A stretch of DNA of 64,000 bases, from the NCBI GenBank assembly GCA_050248995.1, contig JBFWRI010000008.1, positions 3,214 through 67,213 on the forward strand. The letters are read 5' to 3'. Numbering within the stretch: the stretch's first letter is position 1; each line of letters opens with the position of its first letter. The DNA comes from Bdellovibrionales bacterium. GTDB lineage: Bacteria; Pseudomonadota; Alphaproteobacteria; JAIXQD01. The notes beneath the pieces were generated by a model that worked only from the letters and a program-made list of their open reading frames with translations, was not told the origin of the DNA and did no database searches. The position numbers were made by a program, and so were the translations under genes. Shown piece by piece: positions 19,721 to 28,391 of the stretch.

Positions 19721-20515
19721 TTATCCCCCTCGTTTTTCCTGTAGCATCAGAAGGTCGTTCCACGCCTGGCGTTTTTGCGCCGGGTTGCGCAGCAGTGCGG
19801 CCGGGTGAAACATCGGCAACACCGGCACGGTTTTGCCTGTATTGGTCGTGAAGTCATACCATTTACCGCGCAGACGCGTAATGCCCTCGGTACGTTCCAG
19901 CAGCGTTTTGGTGGCAAGGCCGCCCAGCAGGACAATAATGCGCGGGTTAACCAGTTCGATATGTTTGTGCAGGAACGGCAGGCAGGCGGCGATCTCCATG
20001 TCGGTCGGCGTGCGGTTGCCGGGCGGGCGCCACGGCAGCACGTTGGTTATGTAATAGTCTTCGCGGCTGTTGATGCCGATGGCTGCCAGCATGCGGTCCA
20101 GCAACTGGCCGCTGCGGCCCACGAACGGCTGGCCCTGCCGGTCTTCGTCGGCGCCGGGCGCTTCGCCGATCAGCATAATGCCCGCTTGCGGGTTGCCTTC
20201 GCCGAACACAAGGTTTTTTGCGGTCTTCTTCAGCGCGCAGCCTTCAAACGCCGTCAGTTCTTTTTTCAGTTCTTCCAGACTCGCGGCAGCAACCTTCGAT
20301 GGCGGTGTTGAGGTAAACGTTGTCGGCGTTAGCGAGGTGACGATAGCGGCAGGTTTCGGCGGCGGTGACGGAAGCGGGCGGGCCGCAGCGGCAGCCGGGA
20401 CAGCTTTGGCGGGCGACGCTGAATAGTCGGCCCATTTCGCGGGAACCTCGCCGACGATATCGTCGGCGCCCATAACGGCAAGCCAGTCGAGTGCAGCAGC
20501 GGCGTTCAGTTCCAT
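19721..20515 (-). CDS. uracil-DNA glycosylase, family 4
   Basis: Motifs GEAPGADED and HPAALLRNP; Ala/Pro-rich N-terminal extension. Confidence 0.85.
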   Translation of the reverse strand: MELNAAAALDWLAVMGADDIVGEVPAKWADYSASPAKAVPAAAAARPLPSPPPKPAAIVTSLTPTTFTSTPPSKVAAASLEELKKELTAFEGCALKKTAKNLVFGEGNPQAGIMLIGEAPGADEDRQGQPFVGRSGQLLDRMLAAIGINSREDYYITNVLPWRPPGNRTPTDMEIAACLPFLHKHIELVNPRIIVLLGGLATKTLLERTEGITRLRGKWYDFTTNTGKTVPVLPMFHPAALLRNPAQKRQAWNDLLMLQEKRGG

Positions 20516-20554
20516 CCATCCTGTTTAGCAAAGCAGGGCGCAGGATGAAACCCG

Positions 20555-21256
20555 CTAGTTCAGGGCGTTTTTATCGACTTTCGGCCTGTTGATAACCGTA
20601 ACCGAGGCAATGCCCGGCGCTACCGGTACTACAGTGCCGGGTGCGGGTTTGCGGGGTTTATCGCCGAAGATGCGGTCAAGGATCTGTTCTTCCGCGTGCC
20701 GCAACGACGCATTGACATACAGCAGCGCCATCACACCCGGGTTGTTCATGACGCTGATGCTGTCAACTTCTTCGCCGTTTTCATAAACCTTGGTGATGGT
20801 CTCGGGGTAAGAAAGCTCGATGGCCGCTTTCTTCATAAGTGTGCAGGCATGGACAAGGACTTCAAGGTGGCCCTGCGCCTGCTGGCCATTCAGTGGATGC
20901 AGCAAATACATTTCCTTGTCTTCGGCGCGCTGCTGGATGTCTGACAATGTCGCGCGCAGGTCGGCGCCGTTCACAACCATCTCGCCGGTATATACCAAAG
21001 CGATATCGCGCATCTGTTCGAACACGGTTTGCGCAACAGCTGTTGATGACTCTTTTGTCTCTTCGATCACGCCGTTGAAAAATTCGACGTCGCCTTCCGT
21101 CATGCCGTCATATAGGCCGGCCCGCGCCGCCAGCGACAGCATCGAATCCTTAATCTCGTCGACTGACAGTTTGGAGTAGCGGTCCATCATATCGGCGAAG
21201 GCCCGCATGAACCTGCGTGCTGTTTCGTCGGGCTCGATAAAGGTCCAACCGCTCAT
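20555..21256 (-). CDS. hypothetical protein (233 aa)
   Basis: ATG 21256 (MSGWTFIEPDE) chosen because the longer ORF to 21466 would overlap the divergent ETF-QO gene. No family recognised. Confidence 0.5.
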   Translation of the reverse strand: MSGWTFIEPDETARRFMRAFADMMDRYSKLSVDEIKDSMLSLAARAGLYDGMTEGDVEFFNGVIEETKESSTAVAQTVFEQMRDIALVYTGEMVVNGADLRATLSDIQQRAEDKEMYLLHPLNGQQAQGHLEVLVHACTLMKKAAIELSYPETITKVYENGEEVDSISVMNNPGVMALLYVNASLRHAEEQILDRIFGDKPRKPAPGTVVPVAPGIASVTVINRPKVDKNALN

Positions 21257-21341
21257 ATCCAACGAATAGCAAAATGGGTCCGCCCCCGCAACGGACTTGT
21301 TCTTAATGGTAATTAAACCCAAATAATGCTGAGCTTCTGGC

Positions 21342-22961
21342 ATGACGCGCGAAGTGATGGAATACGATGTTCTGGTTGTGGGCGCAGGGCCCAGCGGCTT
21401 GGCGGCAGCCATACGCCTGAAGCAGCTGGCGGCAGCCGCCGGTAAGGAAATATCGGTCTGCATCATCGAGAAGGGCGCCGAGGTTGGTGCACACCTTCTT
21501 AGCGGCGCTGTGCTGGAACCGCGCGCGCTGGAAGAACTGTTTCCCGATTACAAGGAACGCGGTGCGCCACTGGAAACGCCGGTGCAGGAAGACAAGTTTT
21601 ATTTCCTGACCAAAGGCAGCGCTGTGCGTTTGCCGACACCGCCGCAAATGCACAACGAAGGCAACTTCATCATCTCGCTGGGTGCCGTTGCAAAGTGGAT
21701 GGCGCAGCAGGCCGAAGCGCTGGGCGTCGAGATTTACGCGGGCTTTGCCGGTGCCGAGGTTCTGTATGATGAACATGGCCATGTTGTGGGCGTGGCCACC
21801 GGCGACATGGGTGTAGCCAAGGACGGCAGCCACAAGCCCGATTACACGCCGGGTGTTGAACTGCGTGCCAAGCAGACCGTGTTTGCCGAAGGCGCGCGCG
21901 GTTCGCTGACCAAGACGATCATCAAGAAATTCGCGTTAGACGCCGGAAAACAGCCGCAAACGTACTCGCTGGGCGTGAAGGAAATATGGGAAATTGCGCC
22001 TGAAAAGTTCAGGGCTGGGCGCGTTATTCACACGATTGGCTGGCCGCTGGACAGCAGCACATATGGCGGCGGCTGGTGTTATCACTTTGGCGCCAACAAG
22101 GTCAGCATCGGTTTTGTGACCGGGCTTGATTACACAAATCCTTATCTGTCGCCGTACGAAGAAATGCAGCGTTATAAGACGCACCCGCTGTTTGCTGAAT
22201 TGCTGAAGGGTGGGCGACGCATCAATTACGGCGCACGCGCAATTGTGACTGGCGGCTTGCAGGCATTGCCGAAGCTGACATTCCCCGGTGGCTTGCTGGT
22301 GGGCGACACCGCAGGGTTCCTGAACGTACCGAAGATCAAGGGCAACCATACGGCAATGAAGTCGGGCATTCTGGCGGCCGAGGCGATTTTCGAGCAGATA
22401 TTCAACAGCGACGGGTTGGGCGAAGTCGTCAGTTATGCGCAGCGTTTCGAGCGGTCATGGCTGATGAACGAGCTGAGCCGCGTGCGCAATATCAAACCGG
22501 CGTTCAAGTGGGGCCTGTGGGCCGCACTTATCTATGGTGCAATCGACACTTATATATTGCGTGGGCGCGCGCCGTGGACATTGCCCACCAAGGCCGTGCA
22601 CACAACGCTGAAAAAAGCCAAGGATGTGAAGCCAATTGTGTATCCGAAGCCGGATGGCGTGCTGACGTTCGACCGCCTGACCAGTGTTTCACTAACCAAC
22701 ACCTTCCACGCCGAAGACCAGCCCGTGCACCTGCAGTTGGTGCGGGGCGGCGCCGTGATGGTGGACGTGAACAACAAGGTGTATGACTCGCCCGAGACCC
22801 GCTATTGCCCCGCCGGGGTGTACGAGTTTGTTGACGGTAAATTCCATATCAATGCGCAGAACTGCATTCACTGCAAAACCTGCGACATCAAAGACCCGAC
22901 GCAGAATATCAACTGGGTTGTGCCGGAAGGCTCGGGCGGCCCCAACTACGGCGAGATGTAA
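21342..22961 (+). CDS. electron-transfer flavoprotein:ubiquinone oxidoreductase
   Basis: FAD motif YDVLVVGAGPSGLAAA; C-terminal 4Fe-4S segment CPAGVY ... NAQNCIHCKTCDIKDP; 539 aa. Confidence 0.92.
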   Translation: MTREVMEYDVLVVGAGPSGLAAAIRLKQLAAAAGKEISVCIIEKGAEVGAHLLSGAVLEPRALEELFPDYKERGAPLETPVQEDKFYFLTKGSAVRLPTPPQMHNEGNFIISLGAVAKWMAQQAEALGVEIYAGFAGAEVLYDEHGHVVGVATGDMGVAKDGSHKPDYTPGVELRAKQTVFAEGARGSLTKTIIKKFALDAGKQPQTYSLGVKEIWEIAPEKFRAGRVIHTIGWPLDSSTYGGGWCYHFGANKVSIGFVTGLDYTNPYLSPYEEMQRYKTHPLFAELLKGGRRINYGARAIVTGGLQALPKLTFPGGLLVGDTAGFLNVPKIKGNHTAMKSGILAAEAIFEQIFNSDGLGEVVSYAQRFERSWLMNELSRVRNIKPAFKWGLWAALIYGAIDTYILRGRAPWTLPTKAVHTTLKKAKDVKPIVYPKPDGVLTFDRLTSVSLTNTFHAEDQPVHLQLVRGGAVMVDVNNKVYDSPETRYCPAGVYEFVDGKFHINAQNCIHCKTCDIKDPTQNINWVVPEGSGGPNYGEM

Positions 22962-23082
22962 GAATTACGCGAGGCTGGCCCATCTAGCGAACGTGGCTGC
23001 GCTTCCGGCACTCACGTATTCAACATACGCCCCGTTCCGGTTCTCGCCACGCTCTACTATCTGGCACAACCTGACGTAATTC
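22962..23082. repeat. ~120-nt imperfect palindromic intergenic repeat, copy B
   Basis: 8-bp terminal inverted repeat GAATTACG ... CGTAATTC. Core ctgcgcttccggcactcacgtattcaacatacgccccgttccggttctcgccacgc matches copy A. Confidence 0.6.
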
Positions 23083-23088
23083 TGACAA

Positions 23089-23124
23089 AGAAAAACCCCG
23101 CCGGTGAGGGCGGGGTTTCTTTTG
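23089..23124. terminator. bidirectional rho-independent terminator
   Basis: A-run, stem CCCCGCC / GGCGGGG with a 6-nt loop, then a T-run. Lies between the convergent ETF-QO and porin genes. Confidence 0.8.
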
Positions 23125-23160
23125 CAAGGCCCTGTTTAGCACAGGGATATCGGTGTCGCC

Positions 23161-24633
23161 TTAGAACGACGGGCGCACGGTGCCCCAGTCGAAGCTCTTT
23201 TCGCGGCCTGTTACGCCGTTGCGATCAGCTTGCAGTTTCAGCGTAAACTGGACAAAGAAGCGATCGGTGTCGTTAAACGGCGATCCATCGGCGGCGTTGA
23301 AGGAACCGAAGCCTGTATCCATCGTAACCCAGCTGCCGAGTTCCTGTTTATAGGTGACATTCCATTCGTCACCATAATCAGCGTCGTTGGTTTCTGCGCC
23401 AAAGTCATGCCATTCAAAGCGCAGCTTGGCGTCGTTGAAAAGGTTGCAGGTCGGCCAAATATCATCGACCTTATAGCCGAAGCTGACAGAACGGTCGACC
23501 AGACCCTCAGGGATGATGACGCCAGTAGTGATGGCATCGGTCAGCCCGTTGTGGCGGCTTAGGCCGGTATTGCTGGCCCACGGCGTCGTGACGGACGTGG
23601 TGTTGTCCCCCTCGAACACTTCATATCCGAACTGTGTGAACAGGCGGCCTGCCATAAAGTTCGGCGTGTACCACAGGCCGGGCTTCGCCATGTAGTAGTT
23701 GAGGCTGTAGTCGTTCGGGTTGGTACCGGCATCGGTCTGACGTGCATATGACAGGTCTAGCTTGAATGCAAATGGATCCAGACCCTTGTCCAGCAGGTTC
23801 AGCGGCAGGTCTGTCTTGGTGCGCAGGCCGTATGTGTTCGAGCTGAGGAAGTTTTCATCATCCATATCTACGATATAGCCAAATGCGCTTGCCCGTGTGT
23901 ATGGGATAAGGCCGGTGCCGAAGTTGAACAGGTGTGAATCGCTGTTCTGGATACCATCGGCGTTTTCATGACCAATGTGATTGCGACGCGCATCTACATA
24001 TGAATAGCGGAAGTCGACGGCCTGACCGAAGGACAGGCTGCCGTAGGCGGCATCATAATTGCTGCGGTTTTGGCGCCAGTCGGCAGCACCGATCCAGCGG
24101 CCATCGTCAAAATTGAGTGTCTGGCGGCCAACGCGGGTCTCAAATAGCGTGCCGTGCGGGCCCTTCAGCACGTCAATATTGCTGAGATCGAATTCGCGGA
24201 CATAGCCGATGTAGGCTTCACTGACTTCCATCGTCGCGGGGTCGAGGATAGTGGAGCGGGTACCGCCGAGGCTATTAACGCCGTTGGCGTATCTGTCGCC
24301 AAAAGGCACTATAACGCTTTCCACAGCACCGCGAGCATACAGGCCGCGCACTGGCAGGGTGGTTATGCCGAGCTTGGCGCCGAGAGTATTGGCATCAGAA
24401 CCGAGCAATCCTTCCTGCTCGGCATTTTCATAACGGGCACGCGCTTCAAGGTCGACCTTTAGTTCGGTAAGAGAGCGCAGGATGTCGGTGTTGCGCAATT
24501 CTTCAGCCGAGAAGGTGGTGACGGGCACAGGTGTATCGCTAATCGTTTGATGCCGGGCAGGGGCTGCATAAGCGGGGGTTGCGGCCAGCGATGTAAGTAC
24601 TATTAGGGTAGTGGCGAGGAATTGTTTGCTCAT
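23161..24633 (-). CDS. outer-membrane beta-barrel protein, alginate-export/AlgE-like porin family (paralogue 1, 490 aa)
   Basis: Signal peptide ending PAYA; C-terminal aromatic residue (PSF). Motifs ARARYEN and GRQTLNFDDGRWIGAADWRQNRSNYD resemble the alginate-export barrel signature as I recall it. Confidence 0.6.
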   Translation of the reverse strand: MSKQFLATTLIVLTSLAATPAYAAPARHQTISDTPVPVTTFSAEELRNTDILRSLTELKVDLEARARYENAEQEGLLGSDANTLGAKLGITTLPVRGLYARGAVESVIVPFGDRYANGVNSLGGTRSTILDPATMEVSEAYIGYVREFDLSNIDVLKGPHGTLFETRVGRQTLNFDDGRWIGAADWRQNRSNYDAAYGSLSFGQAVDFRYSYVDARRNHIGHENADGIQNSDSHLFNFGTGLIPYTRASAFGYIVDMDDENFLSSNTYGLRTKTDLPLNLLDKGLDPFAFKLDLSYARQTDAGTNPNDYSLNYYMAKPGLWYTPNFMAGRLFTQFGYEVFEGDNTTSVTTPWASNTGLSRHNGLTDAITTGVIIPEGLVDRSVSFGYKVDDIWPTCNLFNDAKLRFEWHDFGAETNDADYGDEWNVTYKQELGSWVTMDTGFGSFNAADGSPFNDTDRFFVQFTLKLQADRNGVTGREKSFDWGTVRPSF

Positions 24634-24723
24634 TATGGTCTCCCTGAAAAAATGCTGGTTTGACGCTACGATTTGGATAGTGGGCCGTCAATCTGGAAAA
24701 GCGCCGTTCCTCAGGGAGCTAAA

Positions 24724-24756
24724 GAAAAACCCCGCCGGTGAGGGCGGGGTTTTCTT
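24724..24756. terminator. rho-independent terminator, hairpin identical to 23089-23124
   Basis: aaaaaccccgccggtgagggcggggtttt, downstream (minus strand) of the second porin gene. Confidence 0.8.
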
Positions 24757-24781
24757 AGCTTTTCGCTAAATCAGGCGGAGA

Positions 24782-26002
24782 TTAGATCTTCGCGCTGACT
24801 TCGACGATGAACTTATCCGTATCGGCGCCGAAGGTATCAGCGTCATACGAGAAGAAGTATACACCGGCATTGTAGTGCTTGCCGAAGTCCTTGTTCAGAC
24901 CGACATTCCACTCGGTTCCGAGATCGGCGCCGCCGTTCTCAGCCGTGAAGTCATGCCATTCTGCACAGATGTTCAGGCCGTCAACCCATGGGTTGACCTG
25001 AGCAACTTCAACGTGAGCGCCGACGTACAGGTCTTCAAGACCGACGCCGCCGTTCGACAGGCCGATAACATCAGCACCGCCGTTGAACTTGTGTGCATCC
25101 GAGAACGGAGCCACGATGCCGTTGACGCCATCGGCTTCAGCAACTTCATAGCCAACCTTGGCTGTGAAGCTCTTGTAGCCTACGCCGCCTTCAAGGGCAT
25201 AGTAGTTCAGGTCGTAGCTGGCAGCATTGTCACCAGCATCTTCCTGATTGGCCCATTCAGCCGAGTACAGAGCGCGCCATGCGTTGTCGATGGCGTATTC
25301 ACCCGCACCGCGGACACCCCAGGTGGTGCTGCCTTGAGCGGCGATTTCATCGCTGTCAAGGAAGTAGCCGTAACCTGAAACCGTCAGGAACTTCAGCAGG
25401 TCGGTGCTGACGTTCAGCAGGTGGCTGTCATGCTCGACAGTACCTGTTGTCGCTTCGCTGCCGATGTTGGTGTTCAGCTGGCCAACGTAAGCGTAAGTGG
25501 CTGTGACACCCTTAAGCGCTTTGGTTTGCAACAGAACAGCATCATAGCTGGTGTGGTTCTGACGCCATGTGTCCGAACCAACCCAACGGCCGTTGTCCAT
25601 GTTTTCCAGCGTCTGACGACCGGCACGCAGGGTGCTGTCGAAGTTGCTGTATTGCAGGAAGGCCTGGTTGACTTCGGCTGTTTCCGGATCGGCGACCGTT
25701 GATTGGCCGACCTTGCCGTTGACAGTGTCGTTGTAGTCTTCGTTGAGGATGCCTGACACACCTTCGAATTCGACCATACCGCTTACGCCGTAGAAGTCGC
25801 CGGTGGTGTAGCCAAGACGTGCGCCAGCCGTAAAGGCATTGGCGTCATCCAGTGCGGTGGTGTCAACGTTTTCATAACGAACGCGTGCATCCCCCGACAC
25901 TTTACCTTCCGTGATCGCCTTGGTGAAATCGGTACCGGCGAACGCGGGAGCAGCGGCAACAAGCAGAACGCCCGCAGCAGCCATTACTAGTGTTTTGTTC
26001 AT
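24782..26002 (-). CDS. outer-membrane beta-barrel protein, same family (paralogue 2, 406 aa)
   Basis: ATG 26002 (MNKTLVMAAAGVLLVAAAPAFA) preceded by GGAG. Shares ARVRYEN and GRQTLENMDNGRWVGSDTWRQNHTSYD with paralogue 1. Confidence 0.6.
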   Translation of the reverse strand: MNKTLVMAAAGVLLVAAAPAFAGTDFTKAITEGKVSGDARVRYENVDTTALDDANAFTAGARLGYTTGDFYGVSGMVEFEGVSGILNEDYNDTVNGKVGQSTVADPETAEVNQAFLQYSNFDSTLRAGRQTLENMDNGRWVGSDTWRQNHTSYDAVLLQTKALKGVTATYAYVGQLNTNIGSEATTGTVEHDSHLLNVSTDLLKFLTVSGYGYFLDSDEIAAQGSTTWGVRGAGEYAIDNAWRALYSAEWANQEDAGDNAASYDLNYYALEGGVGYKSFTAKVGYEVAEADGVNGIVAPFSDAHKFNGGADVIGLSNGGVGLEDLYVGAHVEVAQVNPWVDGLNICAEWHDFTAENGGADLGTEWNVGLNKDFGKHYNAGVYFFSYDADTFGADTDKFIVEVSAKI

Positions 26003-26234
26003 GTAAAACTCCACAGTTGGTGAACGGACCAAATTTACGGGCGTGGTTAGAGTCGGTCAATCAACTGCGGATTCATGCAACTTTTCGTGTGATATTCCTG
26101 CCACGATACGCCTGGGGCCAAGTCTGTGGGTTATTCTGAATTCGCAAGCAAATGTATGCACCTAGAGCCACATATTGAAGCATCCGTTTTGTTAACGGTC
26201 CTTTCAAACATTGTTAACAATGCCTTAAGAATCA

Positions 26235-26317
26235 TTCCGGACCTTTAATTAATTCTTCAAATTAAGGGGTTACTCTGGTTCCCGGGAAATGCCTGTTTTT
26301 TGGGGGCGTAAGAGGAA
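26235..26317 (+). promoter_or_regulatory. conserved promoter/leader box, copy 1 (diverged)
   Basis: TTCCGG-N4-TTTAAT-N34-GGGAAATGCCTG-T6G5, then AAGAGG and the ATG. Confidence 0.5.
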
Positions 26318-28264
26318 ATGAGTAGCTGTCGTCACCACGCATTCGCTTGTGCGCAGGCATTCTGCCTGCTGTTGGCGCTTGTGTGCGTGATATCGCATCC
26401 TGCTGCCGCCCGTGAGGGGGGCAACACCAACGCGCCCGGTCTTGATGTCAGTAAAGTACAGGATAACGTCACGTCGGGCATGCATGTGACGCGCGTGGCG
26501 GGCACTGTTGAGGGCGCCGCTATCGTTGCTGGCGCCAGTGACGTATTGCTAAGCGCCCATGGCAGTGACCGCTACATTGATAATCTGTCCGGTAACAAGA
26601 TGCTGGTTCCGTTCCGCACCGTTGGTGAAATGACCTCATTCTTCAATGGTGTTAGCACGTCGCAGTTCCGCTTTGACTTTTACCGTCCGCAAACCACGCA
26701 GACGGTTGACTACCAGGATGGTGTGTCGGATGTCGCCAATCTGGTATTAGGCCAGTCGACAGAACAAATTGTTACACTGCCTGCGGCGCGCGTTGATACG
26801 CGCAGTGACAACGCCTTCAGCGCCTCGCGCGAAGTACGCCGCAGCCAGGACCTAAATATGGAGCGCAGTGATTGCCGCCGTCCGTACAACCCTTCAACCG
26901 GCCTCGAAGATATGACACAGCCGGCCAATGTCTGCAATGAACATAACTGGGTTGAAACCGTCACCGCCATTTTCACATACAACCCGACGCTGAGGAACAG
27001 CAGCAACCAATCGATTGACAGCCCGAGCCGCAGCGTGCTGTCGACTTCAGCTCGCAGTCTTGCCAGTTCGCTGACCCACCAGTGGTCGCTCAGCTGGGAT
27101 AATTCGGGCAACGCGCCTGCGGTCAGCTATCCTGACCCGCGCGCCTGTCCGCCAAGCTATACGCACGGACAACTTTATTGGGATGTCGCTTCAACTGGCA
27201 ACAGCCGCTCGGCGACAGCTGCAGAACTGTCCGCACTGGGTACGAACGGCGGCATGTGCCCCGAAGGCGTTGAAAGCGCAACGCGTACATGGGATGTCGA
27301 GCGCCGTTACCAGTGTTATGACGCACAATCCTTCCCGCAATCCACCACACGGGATGTGAACGTTGCCTATATCGACGTTGTGTGTAAGGAGCCGGCGGAC
27401 GAAGACGGCACCTGCGGCACGGCGTATGAATTCTACTTCGACCGTTCAACCCCGCCGCCTGCGGCCACCAACCGCACGCTGTGTGCAACCGGCGTAGCCA
27501 CGGCACCCGTGCGTGTGAACGCCGTTACATGGGGCTGGCAGTGCGAAGGCACGGAAACTTCGGCATCGTGCACGGCCATTCGCACCGGCGCTTATCAGTC
27601 CGTTTACTCCGATTGTCGCCCGCCAAACCATGAAACCAATGCGACGATGACTGCACAGCAATGGCAGCAAAGCGGCAGTTACAGGCAATACGTCTGCAAC
27701 GTTGACCGCAACCTGCCGACGAATTCGTACCTGACCCAGTATCAGGCCATCAATTCTGCCGCTGCGCCGAAAAGCTACCCGAGCAACCAGGCTGCGCTGT
27801 ATTCATGCCTGAAGGGAACGAACAATCAGATGCGCTATGTTCTGGGCGGCCGCACGGCCGGTGATGACTGGCACAACGCCAATTACAGAAACTGGGCGCC
27901 GCCTGGATTCCATCGTAATGCTACAGACTATCATCAGTTCTATCTGACCGGCAGCGCCAATGAGTGCGAAGGCTGCGTGGTGCTCCAGATGGTCTATTGC
28001 ACGGACGAGCCGGATTATCCGACCACATGCCCGGCGGCGACAGGATTGTTCTGGTACAACACGCCCTTCCAGCCGCCGTGTGAACCGGAAGTAGAGCCGA
28101 CCTATCATTATGACGGTTCACTGCCAGCAGGTACGCAGTTTGAAAGACGTGCCCTGGGCGACAGCGTGTATATGTGCGGCATGTACGGCCGCTGGACTTA
28201 CGCCAGCCAGCAAGGGAATTATGCGTCGAATAAGCTGGAACAGGAAAACCAAGTTTGCCAGTAG
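26318..28264 (+). CDS. secreted Cys-rich protein, array member 1 (648 aa)
   Basis: Signal peptide ending HPAAA. Diverged half-module GASDVLLSAHGSDRYIDNLSGNKMLVPFRTVGEMTSFFNG aligns with the module of members 2-5. Many Cys residues. CG...LC...WGWQC...SC module at aa 364-420. Confidence 0.7.
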   Translation: MSSCRHHAFACAQAFCLLLALVCVISHPAAAREGGNTNAPGLDVSKVQDNVTSGMHVTRVAGTVEGAAIVAGASDVLLSAHGSDRYIDNLSGNKMLVPFRTVGEMTSFFNGVSTSQFRFDFYRPQTTQTVDYQDGVSDVANLVLGQSTEQIVTLPAARVDTRSDNAFSASREVRRSQDLNMERSDCRRPYNPSTGLEDMTQPANVCNEHNWVETVTAIFTYNPTLRNSSNQSIDSPSRSVLSTSARSLASSLTHQWSLSWDNSGNAPAVSYPDPRACPPSYTHGQLYWDVASTGNSRSATAAELSALGTNGGMCPEGVESATRTWDVERRYQCYDAQSFPQSTTRDVNVAYIDVVCKEPADEDGTCGTAYEFYFDRSTPPPAATNRTLCATGVATAPVRVNAVTWGWQCEGTETSASCTAIRTGAYQSVYSDCRPPNHETNATMTAQQWQQSGSYRQYVCNVDRNLPTNSYLTQYQAINSAAAPKSYPSNQAALYSCLKGTNNQMRYVLGGRTAGDDWHNANYRNWAPPGFHRNATDYHQFYLTGSANECEGCVVLQMVYCTDEPDYPTTCPAATGLFWYNTPFQPPCEPEVEPTYHYDGSLPAGTQFERRALGDSVYMCGMYGRWTYASQQGNYASNKLEQENQVCQ

Positions 28265-28296
28265 AGCTGCCGGGTCTTTGTATAAATATAATTTAA

Positions 28297-28391
28297 AATC
28301 AATACCTTATTATATTCCGGTCTTTTAACGGTTTGTTTTGGTCTGCAGTATAGCCTGACTGTGGGAACTGCCTGTATTTGGGGGGCAATTA
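28297..28391 (+). promoter_or_regulatory. conserved promoter/leader box, copy 2
   Basis: ATCAAT ... TTCCGG-N4-TTTAAC-N33-GGGAACTGCCTG-tattt-GGGGGGCA-N5-GTG. Nearly identical to copy 3 over about 60 nt. Confidence 0.6.

Noticed and set aside
26190-26225. TTAAC-containing strings (ttgttaacggtcc ... attgttaacaat, and TTAACGGT in the leader boxes) as CtrA binding sites
   Set aside because: None matches TTAA-N7-TTAAC spacing, and the 8-mer differs from TTAACCAT at two positions. It is kept only as a possible unknown-regulator site within the leader-box finding.
28363-28390. Reading the conserved GGGAA-N-TGCC box as a sigma-54 (-24 GG / -12 GC) or ECF (GGAAC-N16-CGTT) promoter
   Set aside because: The GG to GC spacing is about 5 nt rather than 10, and no CGTT follows at the right distance. 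The box also ends only 6-25 nt before the start codons, leaving no room for a -12/-10 element plus leader.
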